This document shows positions 20,213 to 29,820 of a stretch of 64,000 bases of DNA, piece by piece (within the stretch, counting starts at the first letter, position 1; each line of letters opens with the position of its first letter). Location: positions 186 through 64,185 of the forward strand of contig CAYWDM010000003.1 of assembly GCA_964457085.1 (NCBI GenBank), in the 5' to 3' direction. Below the pieces are notes generated by a model. That model had not been told where the DNA came from and made no database searches. It saw only the letters and a list, made by a program, of their open reading frames with translations. The stretch is from an uncultured Pseudomonadales bacterium. GTDB taxonomy: Bacteria > Patescibacteriota > Microgenomatia > UBA1400 > PJMF01. Made by a program: the position numbers and the translations under genes.

Positions 20213-21130
20213 TTGGCAATGTTTGTACAGAGCTTGGTTATCAAAAAAAATACCTACATGTCTTCGACCACATTTACACCACCAACTCATTCAAAATATC
20301 GCACCATCTCAATTTTGGGCCTGCCAATTTTTGCACAGTCTCGAGAAAATTGGCAAACATGGTTGAATAAAACTATCGACAGCCAAATTAAATCAGCAAC
20401 CACGCCAACTCTGATTTTTACTCCAAATGCTGAACAGTTAGTTCAGGCATATCAAGATCCCGGATTTTTAGATGATTTGCAGCAAGCAGATATTTTGTTG
20501 CCAGATGGTGTTGGACCGATATTGGCTTCATATTGGTTTGATCGGCACCATCCATTTACAGAACGACTGGCGGGTGCGGATGTAATTAATGATGTGTTGG
20601 CACAAGCAAAAGCAAAGCAATTGAGCGTGCTGATTGTGGGTGGCAGAGGATACGGATTTCCCAGTCAACTGGGATTTGCGCCAATTAAATTGCCTTTAGC
20701 TACTGGTTCGACACTCGAAGTGAACTGGATGCCGGGATACGCCGATATTGCTCATCCTACCCCCACAGAACACGCTACTGTTCGATTCGTAATCAACCAT
20801 CAAAAACCCGCGATTGTGTTGGTGGCCTTTGGTGCACCGTGGCAAGAAGCCTGGGCAATTAGACACCAAGAATTACTGGGTGCAGTTGGCACGAAATTAG
20901 TGATGGCGGTGGGTGGCTCGATTGACTTTATGCTCGGGAAAGTACCCAGAGCCCCTAAATTCATGCGCCAATTTGGCTTGGAATGGTTATTTAGGTTAGT
21001 GCTGGAGCCATGGCGGTGGCAGCGACAGCTGCGACTGGTGAGTTTTGTGCAGTTGTTGTTATCAGGCAAATTACAACAACTACCCATGGCAGTAAATACA
21101 ACTAAAAAAGATGCCGCTTGGCGAGATTAA
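20213..21130 (+). CDS. WecB/TagA/CpsF-family glycosyltransferase
   Basis: FTPNAEQLV...ADILLPDGVGPILAS matches the TagA/WecG N-terminal signature; 305 aa. True start may be an internal Met (~20258). Confidence 0.7.
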   Translation: MAMFVQSLVIKKNTYMSSTTFTPPTHSKYRTISILGLPIFAQSRENWQTWLNKTIDSQIKSATTPTLIFTPNAEQLVQAYQDPGFLDDLQQADILLPDGVGPILASYWFDRHHPFTERLAGADVINDVLAQAKAKQLSVLIVGGRGYGFPSQLGFAPIKLPLATGSTLEVNWMPGYADIAHPTPTEHATVRFVINHQKPAIVLVAFGAPWQEAWAIRHQELLGAVGTKLVMAVGGSIDFMLGKVPRAPKFMRQFGLEWLFRLVLEPWRWQRQLRLVSFVQLLLSGKLQQLPMAVNTTKKDAAWRD

Positions 21131-21141
21131 CAAGGAAAAAT

Positions 21142-21693
21142 ATGAAAAATGCCCTGATTTTACATGGCACAAATGACAACTCGAAAAAGAATTGGTTCGA
21201 GTGGCTTAGCCAACAATTGCAGAGTAAGGGGTATAAAACCTGGGTGCCAAACCTGCCTGGTTCCGATCGTCCAAATATTAAAAAATACAACGAATTTATC
21301 TTTTCACAAAACTGGAAATTTAACGATGAATCGATTTTAATTGGTCATTCATCAGGTGCGGTTGAAATCCTTGGTTTGTTGCAAGCATTGCCTGATGACG
21401 TAATAGTTGATCGTTGTTATTTGGTTGGCTCTTTCATTGATAATTTGGGCTGGGAGATACTCGACGGTTTGTTTGAGGAGCCATTTGATTTACCAAAAAT
21501 CAAAACTAAAGCTAATAAATTCATCTTCATTCACTCAGACAACGATCCCTATTGTCCGTTAGATCATGCTGAATATTTGTCCAAAGAGTTGGGCGGTGAG
21601 TTGGTGCTGGTTCCTGGACAACAACACTTCAGCATTGGGACTGGTGGAGAACAATATAGTCAGTTTCCATTACTGTTGGAATTACTACGGTAA
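21142..21693 (+). CDS. alpha/beta-fold serine hydrolase (YdeN/RBBP9 family)
   Basis: ALILHGTNDNSKKNWFEW... and nucleophile elbow IGHSSGA; ~185 aa, typical of this family. Confidence 0.6.
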   Translation: MKNALILHGTNDNSKKNWFEWLSQQLQSKGYKTWVPNLPGSDRPNIKKYNEFIFSQNWKFNDESILIGHSSGAVEILGLLQALPDDVIVDRCYLVGSFIDNLGWEILDGLFEEPFDLPKIKTKANKFIFIHSDNDPYCPLDHAEYLSKELGGELVLVPGQQHFSIGTGGEQYSQFPLLLELLR

Positions 21694-21709
21694 CTACTTT
21701 TATTAGCTC

Positions 21710-22906
21710 ATGAACGAAAAAGGCCTCAATCAGCGAGAGCACTTATTGCCAAAGATCAAAATTGATTGGAGTGAAAAATGGTCACAATATCAGAGAATAT
21801 TGAAAAATGAGAGTCAACTGATTGGCTTGAGTGAACTAACTGAAGAGAAGGGTGCTGAGATCACTGACAGCCTGCAATCAAGTGCAGGTCCAAACTGGAA
21901 ACTTGATGTACCTACGGCACATACTCGATCACCTAAGAACTGTGATCTGGCTTTTATCGACGATGAACAGTTGCAACATTCTATTAGGGAACTAATCACT
22001 ACAAATCCAGGTCAATTATTACAGTTGCAGGCATATTTTGAACAGCAACTTAGTTCTATAGAGGCACATGAAGATGCTTTGCGAGAATCACTATTTACGG
22101 CTGAGGATCTTTCTGAAGAAAATCTCAAACAACGATTAGGGGAACTCAAAAAACAACAAGAAAAGACTCGAATTGAGCTGATAACTAATGCATTGGCAAC
22201 TGCAGGGATACATTTGGGAGAATTTGACACAAATCAGTTGGGAAAACTATTTGAAACTATCCGACGCTCCGCAAACGAGTGGCAGAATTTAGCATACATC
22301 AACCATTTATTGGCAACAGCGGCCGGCATACTCACACATGTGTTGGTGACTGCTCATGAATTACTGCATTCACTTATTGGCGGGAAGCTGATTGATATGA
22401 ATGGAACTGCCTACCATGAGTCCACAAAGAGAAACCATAAAGGGATTTTGGGGAGAGTAATACATGAAGCGTGTACTCTTGCTCTGGAATACCTAATTCA
22501 AAATCAAAGCAATGAAAATGAAGCTCAAGATCCAGCATGGAAAACCATTGCTGAGTTTGGTGCGGGACGTATGCGAGCAGTTCGAGAGGCGAATAGATTG
22601 AGGATCCCAGCTACATTTGCGGAAGCTGCTAAAACACTAGAACAACCAGATTTACAACTCTCTGATTTAGACACAGTGGTGTACTCTGAAGGTGCCAAAC
22701 TAGCAATTGCACTTCGTCGAAATGGTTGGAAGTTAACAGATTTACCAGAGTTGTTAGAACGAATTGACACTACAGTTGTTACTATAACTGATTATGGTGA
22801 TTCGACTGAGTGGTCAAAAATATTTATCACCAAGAGTGAGAATGGGGTGCCAACGGAATATGAAAAAGTTATTCAAGCACTGAGACAATTAAAGCCAGTC
22901 ACTTAG
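21710..22906 (+). CDS. hypothetical protein with HExxH zincin-like motif
   Basis: 398 aa, coiled-coil-rich N-terminal half; TAHELLHSLIGG then downstream HES/HEA candidate third-ligand residues. Confidence 0.4.
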   Translation: MNEKGLNQREHLLPKIKIDWSEKWSQYQRILKNESQLIGLSELTEEKGAEITDSLQSSAGPNWKLDVPTAHTRSPKNCDLAFIDDEQLQHSIRELITTNPGQLLQLQAYFEQQLSSIEAHEDALRESLFTAEDLSEENLKQRLGELKKQQEKTRIELITNALATAGIHLGEFDTNQLGKLFETIRRSANEWQNLAYINHLLATAAGILTHVLVTAHELLHSLIGGKLIDMNGTAYHESTKRNHKGILGRVIHEACTLALEYLIQNQSNENEAQDPAWKTIAEFGAGRMRAVREANRLRIPATFAEAAKTLEQPDLQLSDLDTVVYSEGAKLAIALRRNGWKLTDLPELLERIDTTVVTITDYGDSTEWSKIFITKSENGVPTEYEKVIQALRQLKPVT

Positions 22907-22913
22907 TACTATG

Positions 22914-23741
22914 TTATAGCTCTGCACTTCCAAACGAATCTGTAACTGTCATAGGCTTTGCTTGTTTCCACACAAATTTGAAGAGCTGTTTTTGCATTTG
23001 TGCCAAATTTGCATTGTGAATTTCTACACAGAACGCTTCACCACCTTGGTAAGTGTAGAGTGCAGAAACGTCGTTGTAGAGCAATACTTCAAAGCGAATT
23101 CGAAATTCTTTTGGCGGAATATGGCGGATGTTCCAGTACGATTCCACCAATTCACTTACTTCTGTATGTGGCAAGATTTTAGTAAGGTTGGTGAGTTGAT
23201 TAGTTGTAATTTGGTGACTGACTAGCTCACGGCGAATATGTTCAGAAAACTCATAGTCAATGAATTTGCTCATATCTTGATCGAGTTCAAAAATGTAGAG
23301 TTTGTTTTTGGCGGCGAGTGAGTTGCAGGTAACTTGTTTGAGACCGTCCAGACCGCTAAAGTAGCGAACTTCAGATGACGAATGAAAAGTACTGGCCAGT
23401 GTGGATAGTTCTGCAATTAAATCTTGGCTTTGCTGTTGTAGTTTTCTCAACTGGGCTGCGTTCTCTTTCAAGTTAACTTCAAGCTGCTGAGGGTTGGCTG
23501 CTAAGAATCTAAAACCTGAAGATGCCATGGTACGAATCACTAGTTTTTTGTCAGTTAAATTGTCCAATATTCGATACACTTTTGTCCGAGGAAGTGGTAG
23601 CTGTCGACTGATCTCAAGTGCTGACTTTTCACCGTGTTCCAGAAGAAAAAGATATATTTTTGCGGTCTCAATATCCAAACCATGAGACTCAAGTTTATTA
23701 ATAATAATTGGTGAAAAACTGTCTGATTTTTTGGACATCAC
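22914..23741 (-). CDS. TrmB-family transcriptional regulator (N-terminal winged HTH)
   Basis: IETAKIYLFLLEHGEKSALEISRQLPLPRTKVYRILDNLTDKKLV matches TrmB N-terminal wHTH; C-terminal effector-like domain. Confidence 0.6.
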   Translation of the reverse strand: MMSKKSDSFSPIIINKLESHGLDIETAKIYLFLLEHGEKSALEISRQLPLPRTKVYRILDNLTDKKLVIRTMASSGFRFLAANPQQLEVNLKENAAQLRKLQQQSQDLIAELSTLASTFHSSSEVRYFSGLDGLKQVTCNSLAAKNKLYIFELDQDMSKFIDYEFSEHIRRELVSHQITTNQLTNLTKILPHTEVSELVESYWNIRHIPPKEFRIRFEVLLYNDVSALYTYQGGEAFCVEIHNANLAQMQKQLFKFVWKQAKPMTVTDSFGSAEL

Positions 23742-23780
23742 TTTGCATTATAACCCAAATACAGCTATAGTTGCCAAAAT

Positions 23781-24686
23781 ATGAAGCAATTATCAAGATT
23801 AACAGTTTTTCATAACAGTCGTGGCCTGTGGATGATTACATTGTCAGCAGTTTGTTTTGGTTCATACGGTATTTGGAATCGGTTAATGGGAGGTCAGTTT
23901 GGTGAGTTTTCTCAGGCAACACTTAGAGGTTTACTCTTAGTACTCTTACTGTTACCAGTTTTATTGGCAAAAAAACTATGGCATCCAATACAGGCAAAGG
24001 ACTGGAGGTGGTTTTTAGCAGTCGCTCTGACTGGAGGTTTGAATCAAGCACCAATTTTTATTGCGTTTCAGCAACTCTCTGTGGGGATGGCTACATTTTT
24101 GTTTTACGCCGGTTTGACCTTGGCTGGATACATAGTAGGTTGGCTAGGATTTGGTGAGAAATTAGATAGCGTGAAATGGATCTCATTTGGGTTGGCTATG
24201 ATTGGAGTTGCCTTGTTGTTTGGGCTGAGTATTGATAGTTCAAATTGGTTTGGTGGAGTAATGGCAATTTTGGCAGGGTTAATGGGTGGCGTGGAGGTAA
24301 GTTTTACTAAAAAAATTTCTGGAACATATTCATCAATACAAATTATGCTGTTACTGTTTGTGGCGATGGTGATTGGAAATGGAATTTTAGCAATACTCTT
24401 CAAAGAAGTGTTGCCACTGCAATTTGCACTTCCCGCAGTAAAAACTGCATGGCTATCGCTGATCGCGTATGCGTTGGCACTGGTCATCGCAATGGCAGCT
24501 GTTGTGGAGGGGTATAAAACGACTGAGGCTAGTTTGGGTAGTATTGTGGGACTTTCAGAAGTAGTATTTGCGGCAATTTTTGGCTTGCTGGTATTTGGAG
24601 AGCAGTTAAGCATGGTCCAGCTAGCTGGAGGTGTATTAGTGACTTTGTCTGCTGCAATGCCAGTACTGTTTCAGAAAAAAACTTGA
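23781..24686 (+). CDS. EamA/DMT-family transporter
   Basis: ~10 predicted TM helices in two repeats; 301 aa. Confidence 0.7.
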   Translation: MKQLSRLTVFHNSRGLWMITLSAVCFGSYGIWNRLMGGQFGEFSQATLRGLLLVLLLLPVLLAKKLWHPIQAKDWRWFLAVALTGGLNQAPIFIAFQQLSVGMATFLFYAGLTLAGYIVGWLGFGEKLDSVKWISFGLAMIGVALLFGLSIDSSNWFGGVMAILAGLMGGVEVSFTKKISGTYSSIQIMLLLFVAMVIGNGILAILFKEVLPLQFALPAVKTAWLSLIAYALALVIAMAAVVEGYKTTEASLGSIVGLSEVVFAAIFGLLVFGEQLSMVQLAGGVLVTLSAAMPVLFQKKT

Positions 24687-24716
24687 GCGTGTATTTTATA
24701 ATCTCGTTTTGGTTCT

Positions 24717-24744
24717 AAAAAACCCGGCTTGTGGCCGGGTTTTA
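24717..24744. terminator. bidirectional rho-independent terminator
   Basis: aaaaaacccggc-ttgt-ggccgggtttt between convergent genes. Confidence 0.7.
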
Positions 24745-24768
24745 CATTTTCTGTGAATATGAATCTAA

Positions 24769-25047
24769 CTAGTCTTCGTCACTGGGATTTACTCCAAGTA
24801 GCCAAAGCACTGCTTCTTTCTTGTAGCGACGATCGCCACGAGAGTTGATTCTAATAGCGGGTAGTTTGCCACGTTTGCCCCAGCGCTTGATGGTTAGGGG
24901 AGAGACGCGCAATAAGTCTGCCACTTCACGTACAGTGAGCAAATCAGGTAAGTTAGCAATATCAAGCTTGGTGGCATCTGTCGCCAAGCCGGTTTTTTTG
25001 CTTTCAGTCATCATGTCAACAGCTTGGTTGGCAGGTTGGTCAGTCAT
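24769..25047 (-). CDS. excisionase/AlpA-family helix-turn-helix DNA-binding protein
   Basis: LLTVREVADLLRVSPLTIKRWGKRGKLPAIRI..RGDRRYKKEAV matches the excisionase-family (MerR-like) HTH domain; 92 aa. Confidence 0.6.
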   Translation of the reverse strand: MTDQPANQAVDMMTESKKTGLATDATKLDIANLPDLLTVREVADLLRVSPLTIKRWGKRGKLPAIRINSRGDRRYKKEAVLWLLGVNPSDED

Positions 25048-25347
25048 GTAGAGTCCCTTTCTCCTTTATTACGTTAATTCAAAAAATGTCGATCATTATT
25101 AGCTTTCAACCATTACAAATCAGGTCAAAAGCCAACAACTTCCGGGGTGAGGGGTGATCGATATGGATCAAATATTGGCTTATCTATATCTAAAGTAGCA
25201 GAGTGGAAAGAACTGGGTCAAGGGGGAGTTTGGATTAATTGAGTTTTTACATGAATTTGTTTCATTTTGCTCATAACTTGCACATCTAATATGTAAGTAG
25301 TATGCTACAAACCAGAGTGAGCCCATACTAGTGTTGAGGAGAGAAGT

Positions 25348-25602
25348 GTGATTAAAGTTGCATCCACGTCCCACTCTAAGGTCGACAGTCGATATTATTG
25401 CAGTGACATGATTTTTGCAAACGTATTGACTCGAATTAGTGAGTTGGGAAGCATGGTTGGTGTCAATGTACTTGACATCGATGGTGTTCTAGTCGAGCTG
25501 GAGGAAGATGCTGATGACAAGATGGTCATCTTTACTCTCAAGCACGAGCTTGGTCACAAACGTGACCAAGTGTGGCGATCAATCTGTAGATTGTATAGTT
25601 AG
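25348..25602 (+). CDS. possible small ORF in AT-rich accessory spacer
   Basis: 84-aa ORF followed by a hairpin+T-run terminator (~25648-25685). Weak coding evidence. Confidence 0.2.
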   Translation: MIKVASTSHSKVDSRYYCSDMIFANVLTRISELGSMVGVNVLDIDGVLVELEEDADDKMVIFTLKHELGHKRDQVWRSICRLYS

Positions 25603-25810
25603 GCAGTCGCTGCTTAATGACACAGTTTACAGAACTTATTTGAAGGGTCGTGGCGTTACAGCCATGACCCTTTTTTATGAAAAGTGCTTTTAAGACTTGC
25701 GTTTGCAATTTACATAACAAATACACACTGGTTCTTGCGTAAAACGTCCCATAGTATGATAATTATGCCATCATCAGCAATGGTGAAATCCGCTCTTTAG
25801 AGGTGAGTAC

Positions 25811-26086
25811 ATGAAGGTTCAGCTGTTGTATCTGAGTGCAGATACTGCACGACTACAGATTCATGGGTCAGAGAAAGAAATGATCCAACTCTTTGATGCA
25901 CATTTTTCTCGGACGGAGGTGCAAACACCCCAGTCAGTCGAATATGCTGTCAACGGAGACACATGCCGTATTTCGTGCGGACAGATAGTGGTATCTGGCC
26001 GAAGCAGTGTGGCTACAGTTCTTGAGTCAATTTACCGACTCACAGGCAGGCCTGAGAATGAGGCTGCTTTCTCGAGCGATGATTAG
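25811..26086 (+). CDS. small hypothetical protein, paralog family member 1
   Basis: 91 aa with strong RBS (agaggtgagtacATG) and own terminator at 26154-26184. Shares motifs (RLQIHGSEKEMIQLF; YRLTGRPENEAAF) with the next ORF. Confidence 0.45.
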   Translation: MKVQLLYLSADTARLQIHGSEKEMIQLFDAHFSRTEVQTPQSVEYAVNGDTCRISCGQIVVSGRSSVATVLESIYRLTGRPENEAAFSSDD

Positions 26087-26153
26087 CACGACCTACGTTG
26101 TTCCTTAACCAATCTGGTTTGTGGAACGTCATAGCGTTGTGATATTACGACTA

Positions 26154-26184
26154 CCCCGGCTTGCAAAGGTCGGGGAGTTTTTTT
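26154..26184 (+). terminator. rho-independent terminator
   Basis: ccccggc-ttgcaaaggt-cgggg followed by agttttttt. Confidence 0.7.
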
Positions 26185-26342
26185 AATTCAATTGCTTACT
26201 TCCAATCAACCTGTAATTTAAATCACAATTCACTAACGATTTTTTATCGGCAGTATAATAGGCTTGCGTGTTGATCAATCCGTATTTATACGGGTCTTTC
26301 CCAAGTAACAACTGGGTACTTATGTTTTAAGTTGGAGGTCGT

Positions 26343-26627
26343 ATGAGTGTGCAATTGCTAGAACCAAGAAGTAGTGAAGTTCGGCTTGGCATTCAAGGGT
26401 CAAGCGATGAGATTCTTACTCGATTGAAGGCAAGTGATTCGTTGTTCTTGGCGAGTCCACAGCCTGCACAAGGTACCTTGTTTTACTATGGTGCCTCAGG
26501 TCAAATCACTGTTGTGGCTGGTCAGATTACCGTAGTCGGTAATGAAAGTGATCGGCGAATGGCTGTGGAAGCAGTGTACGAAATGGTGGGTCGCCCCACC
26601 AATGAAGCCGTATTTGTGGTTTCATGA
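26343..26627 (+). CDS. small hypothetical protein, paralog family member 2
   Basis: 94 aa; RLGIQGSSDEILTRL and YEMVGRPTNEAVF parallel member 1. Own terminator 26692-26721. Confidence 0.45.
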   Translation: MSVQLLEPRSSEVRLGIQGSSDEILTRLKASDSLFLASPQPAQGTLFYYGASGQITVVAGQITVVGNESDRRMAVEAVYEMVGRPTNEAVFVVS

Positions 26628-26691
26628 AGAAAACTATTGTGGATACCGGTTATTTCTTAGAAATGATTCGGTGTTTGAAGTAGCAGGCGAA

Positions 26692-26721
26692 AGGCCTTGG
26701 ATTCGTCCAAGGCCTTTTTTT
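26692..26721 (+). terminator. rho-independent terminator
   Basis: aaggccttgg-attcgt-ccaaggcc + ttttttt. Confidence 0.7.
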
Positions 26722-26800
26722 ATTTCTAAAACAAATTTTTTTTGATAAATTGCTGCAAATTTGATCATTGAAGTATAATTTATATTGAATTCCAACTGTT

Positions 26801-27061
26801 TTGGAGGGCACTATGCCTAAGATTGAAAGTGTTGAGAAGTTGGATGGTGAGGTGAGATTTCACCTCACCGGAGTTACGTACGCTCAAATAGAAGAGTTGC
26901 TTCGTAAGAAATGCCAGGGATCAGAGCAAGTGCGCGTGTTTTACTGGCAGGAGCATCGAGTGAGCGTATTTCAACCTGGAGCTGAGGTGCTTGTTGATAT
27001 CAACAGCACACAAGCAGAATTCCAGGAAATACTGGAGGGTTGGCTCAAGGAATTGGGCTAA
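26801..27061 (+). CDS. small hypothetical protein, divergent paralog family member 3
   Basis: 86 aa; VRFHLTGVTYAQIEELL parallels RLQIHGSEKEMIQLF. Own terminator 27074-27108. Confidence 0.4.
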   Translation: MEGTMPKIESVEKLDGEVRFHLTGVTYAQIEELLRKKCQGSEQVRVFYWQEHRVSVFQPGAEVLVDINSTQAEFQEILEGWLKELG

Positions 27062-27073
27062 ATCCTTAATCTA

Positions 27074-27108
27074 GACTCTGGTGCCAGAAGTGGTGCCAGA
27101 GTCTTTTA
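27074..27108 (+). terminator. rho-independent terminator
   Basis: gactctgg-loop-ccagagtc + ttttac. Confidence 0.6.
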
Positions 27109-27385
27109 CTTTGCACTGAAAAAAATTTACAACAACCAAATATTGACATATTCATATGTTATAGGATAATACTACATATGTGTTGAAAGTAGCTGCCAAG
27201 TGGTAGCCAGTCAGTTTCCCTTCAATAATTGTGGGAATCGTGCCTGGCAGCTTGGGGTTGCGACTCCGGGGTTTCGTCTCCGGTTTCAACATATCTTCAT
27301 AACTGCATTCCGGAGGGCCCTTTGGAATGCAGTTTATTTTTTTGTATGCACATTTTTTATCGAACTACTCGATTTGACCTGAACC

Positions 27386-27417
27386 AAAAACCCCGCCTGG
27401 TTTCCCAGGACGGGGTT
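27386..27417 (-). terminator. rho-independent terminator after rplL
   Basis: Minus strand aaccccgtcctgggaaaccaggcggggttttt. Near-identical copy at 43046-43083. Confidence 0.75.
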
Positions 27418-27448
27418 AGTTGTTTGCTTAAATTAAGCGTGAGTTCAA

Positions 27449-27850
27449 TTACTTGAGCTCGACGACGCAACCAGCATCTTCCAAGAGTTTCTTGGCTGCT
27501 TGTGCATCTTCTTTCTTAGCACCCTCAAGCACGGTTTTAGGAGCGGACTCGACGAAAGTCTTAGCCTCACCCAAACCAAGTTCAGCCTTTAATTGGCGAA
27601 CTGCTTTAATAGCACCGATTTTGTTTGAACCAGCATCTTTGAGGATGACGTCAAACTCAGTTTGCTCTTCAACTGGAGCAGCTGCTGCTGCACCTGGCAT
27701 AGCACCCATCATCATTGGAGCTGCAGCGGAAACGCCGAACTCATCTTCCAAAGCTTTAACGAGCTCTGAAACATCCATGAGGGATAACTTTTTAACTGCG
27801 TCCACAATGCTCTGGACTGGAGCGGAAAGGGTTTTCTTGTCTTCTGACAT
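27449..27850 (-). CDS. rplL: 50S ribosomal protein L7/L12
   Basis: 133 aa; N-terminal dimerisation segment, Ala/Pro/Met-rich hinge, C-terminal domain ([34 protein letters not shown]). Confidence 0.9.
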   Translation of the reverse strand: MSEDKKTLSAPVQSIVDAVKKLSLMDVSELVKALEDEFGVSAAAPMMMGAMPGAAAAAPVEEQTEFDVILKDAGSNKIGAIKAVRQLKAELGLGEAKTFVESAPKTVLEGAKKEDAQAAKKLLEDAGCVVELK

Positions 27851-27891
27851 ATTGTTCCTTTATTAATTTTCTTATTACTACTTACTACTAA

Positions 27892-28401
27892 TTAAACTGC
27901 TTGTTTATCGGCAATTGCCTTTAGGGCATACACCAAGTTACGAGTACCAGCCTGCAAGACATTGACCAAGCCATATGCTGGACCGTTAATTCTACTAATT
28001 AAGAGTGAGATCAATTCTTTCTTGCCTGGCAACTTACTGAGAGCTTCAACTTCACCGATTGAGAGAGTAGCATCGCCCATGACACCTTCTTTAATATCAA
28101 GTTTCTCGGTCTCTTTTTTGAACTCAAAGAGTTTTTTAAGAGCACTGACCTCATCTTGAAACGAGAAGATGATGGCGTTCATACCCTCGAGGGATTTACT
28201 GACCTTGCCTTTACCGATAGCGATATCGATCAAAGTATTTTTACTGACATACATCTCACCACCAACTTCTCGCAGACTGGCACGAAGTTTGTTCTGTTGG
28301 TTCACACTGGTGGTGGAGTAATCGACGACCACAGCTGATTTAGCTCGGCTCAATTTCTCTTGCAGCAAGGCGATTTGACTTTGATTGTGTTTGTTTGGCA
28401 T
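27892..28401 (-). CDS. rplJ: 50S ribosomal protein L10
   Basis: 169 aa; directly upstream of rplL; L10-like N-terminal region ([25 protein letters not shown]). Confidence 0.85.
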   Translation of the reverse strand: MPNKHNQSQIALLQEKLSRAKSAVVVDYSTTSVNQQNKLRASLREVGGEMYVSKNTLIDIAIGKGKVSKSLEGMNAIIFSFQDEVSALKKLFEFKKETEKLDIKEGVMGDATLSIGEVEALSKLPGKKELISLLISRINGPAYGLVNVLQAGTRNLVYALKAIADKQAV

Positions 28402-28788
28402 ACCAAAACCTTAGTTGTAACTTGTCTTGCGACAAGTGTGTTGTCTAATTACTACTGAGTGGTCCAAAGTGGGGAGTCACCAAATTACTTGGTGCAAAAG
28501 TTGTCAAAATGACAAATGTTGTTTTCCTCGGCGTGCAATTTTCATCTGCTGGTTGGCGTTTTTGGCGCTAATCGCAGAACACGCTGTCTTTGGACTAGAG
28601 GGACATTATAACATAGGGGTGGAGTGGAGCAACTATGAGGCGACGGTGTGCTTTTGGGATTAAAGAGTTGGAGATTTTTTTTGGCCAGATTAGAGAAAAA
28701 TCTAGAGCATTTAGAAAAACTACTCGGGGACACAATGAGTTTCACTGTGTCCCCGGTAGCTCTGAAGTAAATTGTTTGTATCTTTTTG

Positions 28789-29124
28789 TTACGAGCCGCA
28801 ACCTAAGGCGCCATCAACTGGCGGGAAACAATCGTCACTTGCTGACATTGCAATCACTGGGATGAGTACCACTGCGGCACTCACGCCCAACGCTTTCAAC
28901 GCATGACTCTTGCCTTTAGGACAACGGTTTTGCATGTTGGTGATGGCTGTGCCAGCGCCAGCGGCGTTCAAATCTGCGGCGAAAAGTTCACTGCAAGCCT
29001 GGTCGCCTTCGCAGGGAAGGCGGTGTGGGCGACGACCTGCGGCAATAGCCGTGTTGGCGTGCTTTGAGTAACGGGCGATGAACCAAGCGATCAACGTGCT
29101 GGGTAATGCAAGAAGTTTTTTCAT
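28789..29124 (-). CDS. small secreted Cys-rich hypothetical protein encoded in a GC-rich (~54%) segment
   Basis: 111 aa with signal peptide and 6 Cys. Local GC clearly above the ~40% surroundings. Confidence 0.4.
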   Translation of the reverse strand: MKKLLALPSTLIAWFIARYSKHANTAIAAGRRPHRLPCEGDQACSELFAADLNAAGAGTAITNMQNRCPKGKSHALKALGVSAAVVLIPVIAMSASDDCFPPVDGALGCGS

Positions 29125-29136
29125 GTTACCTCCAAA

Positions 29137-29553
29137 CTATCTGATTGGGATTGACCAACCAGCTTCGCTGTAGGTGTAGCCGTCAGCATTAAGGGAAATT
29201 TCACCCTCATGTTTGACTGCTAAGCCACCTGCAACGGTGTACCATTGGTTAAACTTGCCACCTTGTTCGGGCAGACCATAACCAAATGTCTCGACGCAAT
29301 GGTCGTAAAAACGATCAATGTAGATTGCAATTCCATCAGCTATTTTTTCATCGCTGACATACAACTGGTCATGCACGATGTACATACGGTCAAGCGTAAT
29401 ATCGGCTGGCTTTGAATCAATGGGGGCACAGCCAGCACTAGCCAATAGTGCACATAGCACGATGAATAGGACTATCCCCACCATAAGATAGTAGAACCAG
29501 CGATTTTTCTCTCCTGGACCAAGTCCAGGATTGTACAGACGGTGCTTTTTCAT
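29137..29553 (-). CDS. hypothetical lipoprotein
   Basis: 138 aa; TM/signal followed by lipobox-like LASAGC. Confidence 0.45.
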   Translation of the reverse strand: MKKHRLYNPGLGPGEKNRWFYYLMVGIVLFIVLCALLASAGCAPIDSKPADITLDRMYIVHDQLYVSDEKIADGIAIYIDRFYDHCVETFGYGLPEQGGKFNQWYTVAGGLAVKHEGEISLNADGYTYSEAGWSIPIR

Positions 29554-29820
29554 TTGTTAGTCTCCTCGTTCGATTTTTGGCCCAAGAATTTGGGACGCGT
29601 AAAATGATCGAAGTTCAATCATTCAATGCGTCCCAAAAAAGACCAGTGTCATCACCCAAAGATATATATTTACTTCAGAACTGTTAAAGCACCTTCATAT
29701 CAAGCATTTACTTGCAATAAGAACAACTTAATTTGAAGTGGAGGAATGGTACCAAGGCCCATAATAAGTTGTTTGAGTACAACCTGAGTGAAACCTGATT
29801 TTTTGTTGGGCTGAGTGTCT

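Noticed and set aside
27453-27866. 137-aa plus-strand ORF
   Set aside because: Antisense to rplL, which has unambiguous L7/L12 homology.
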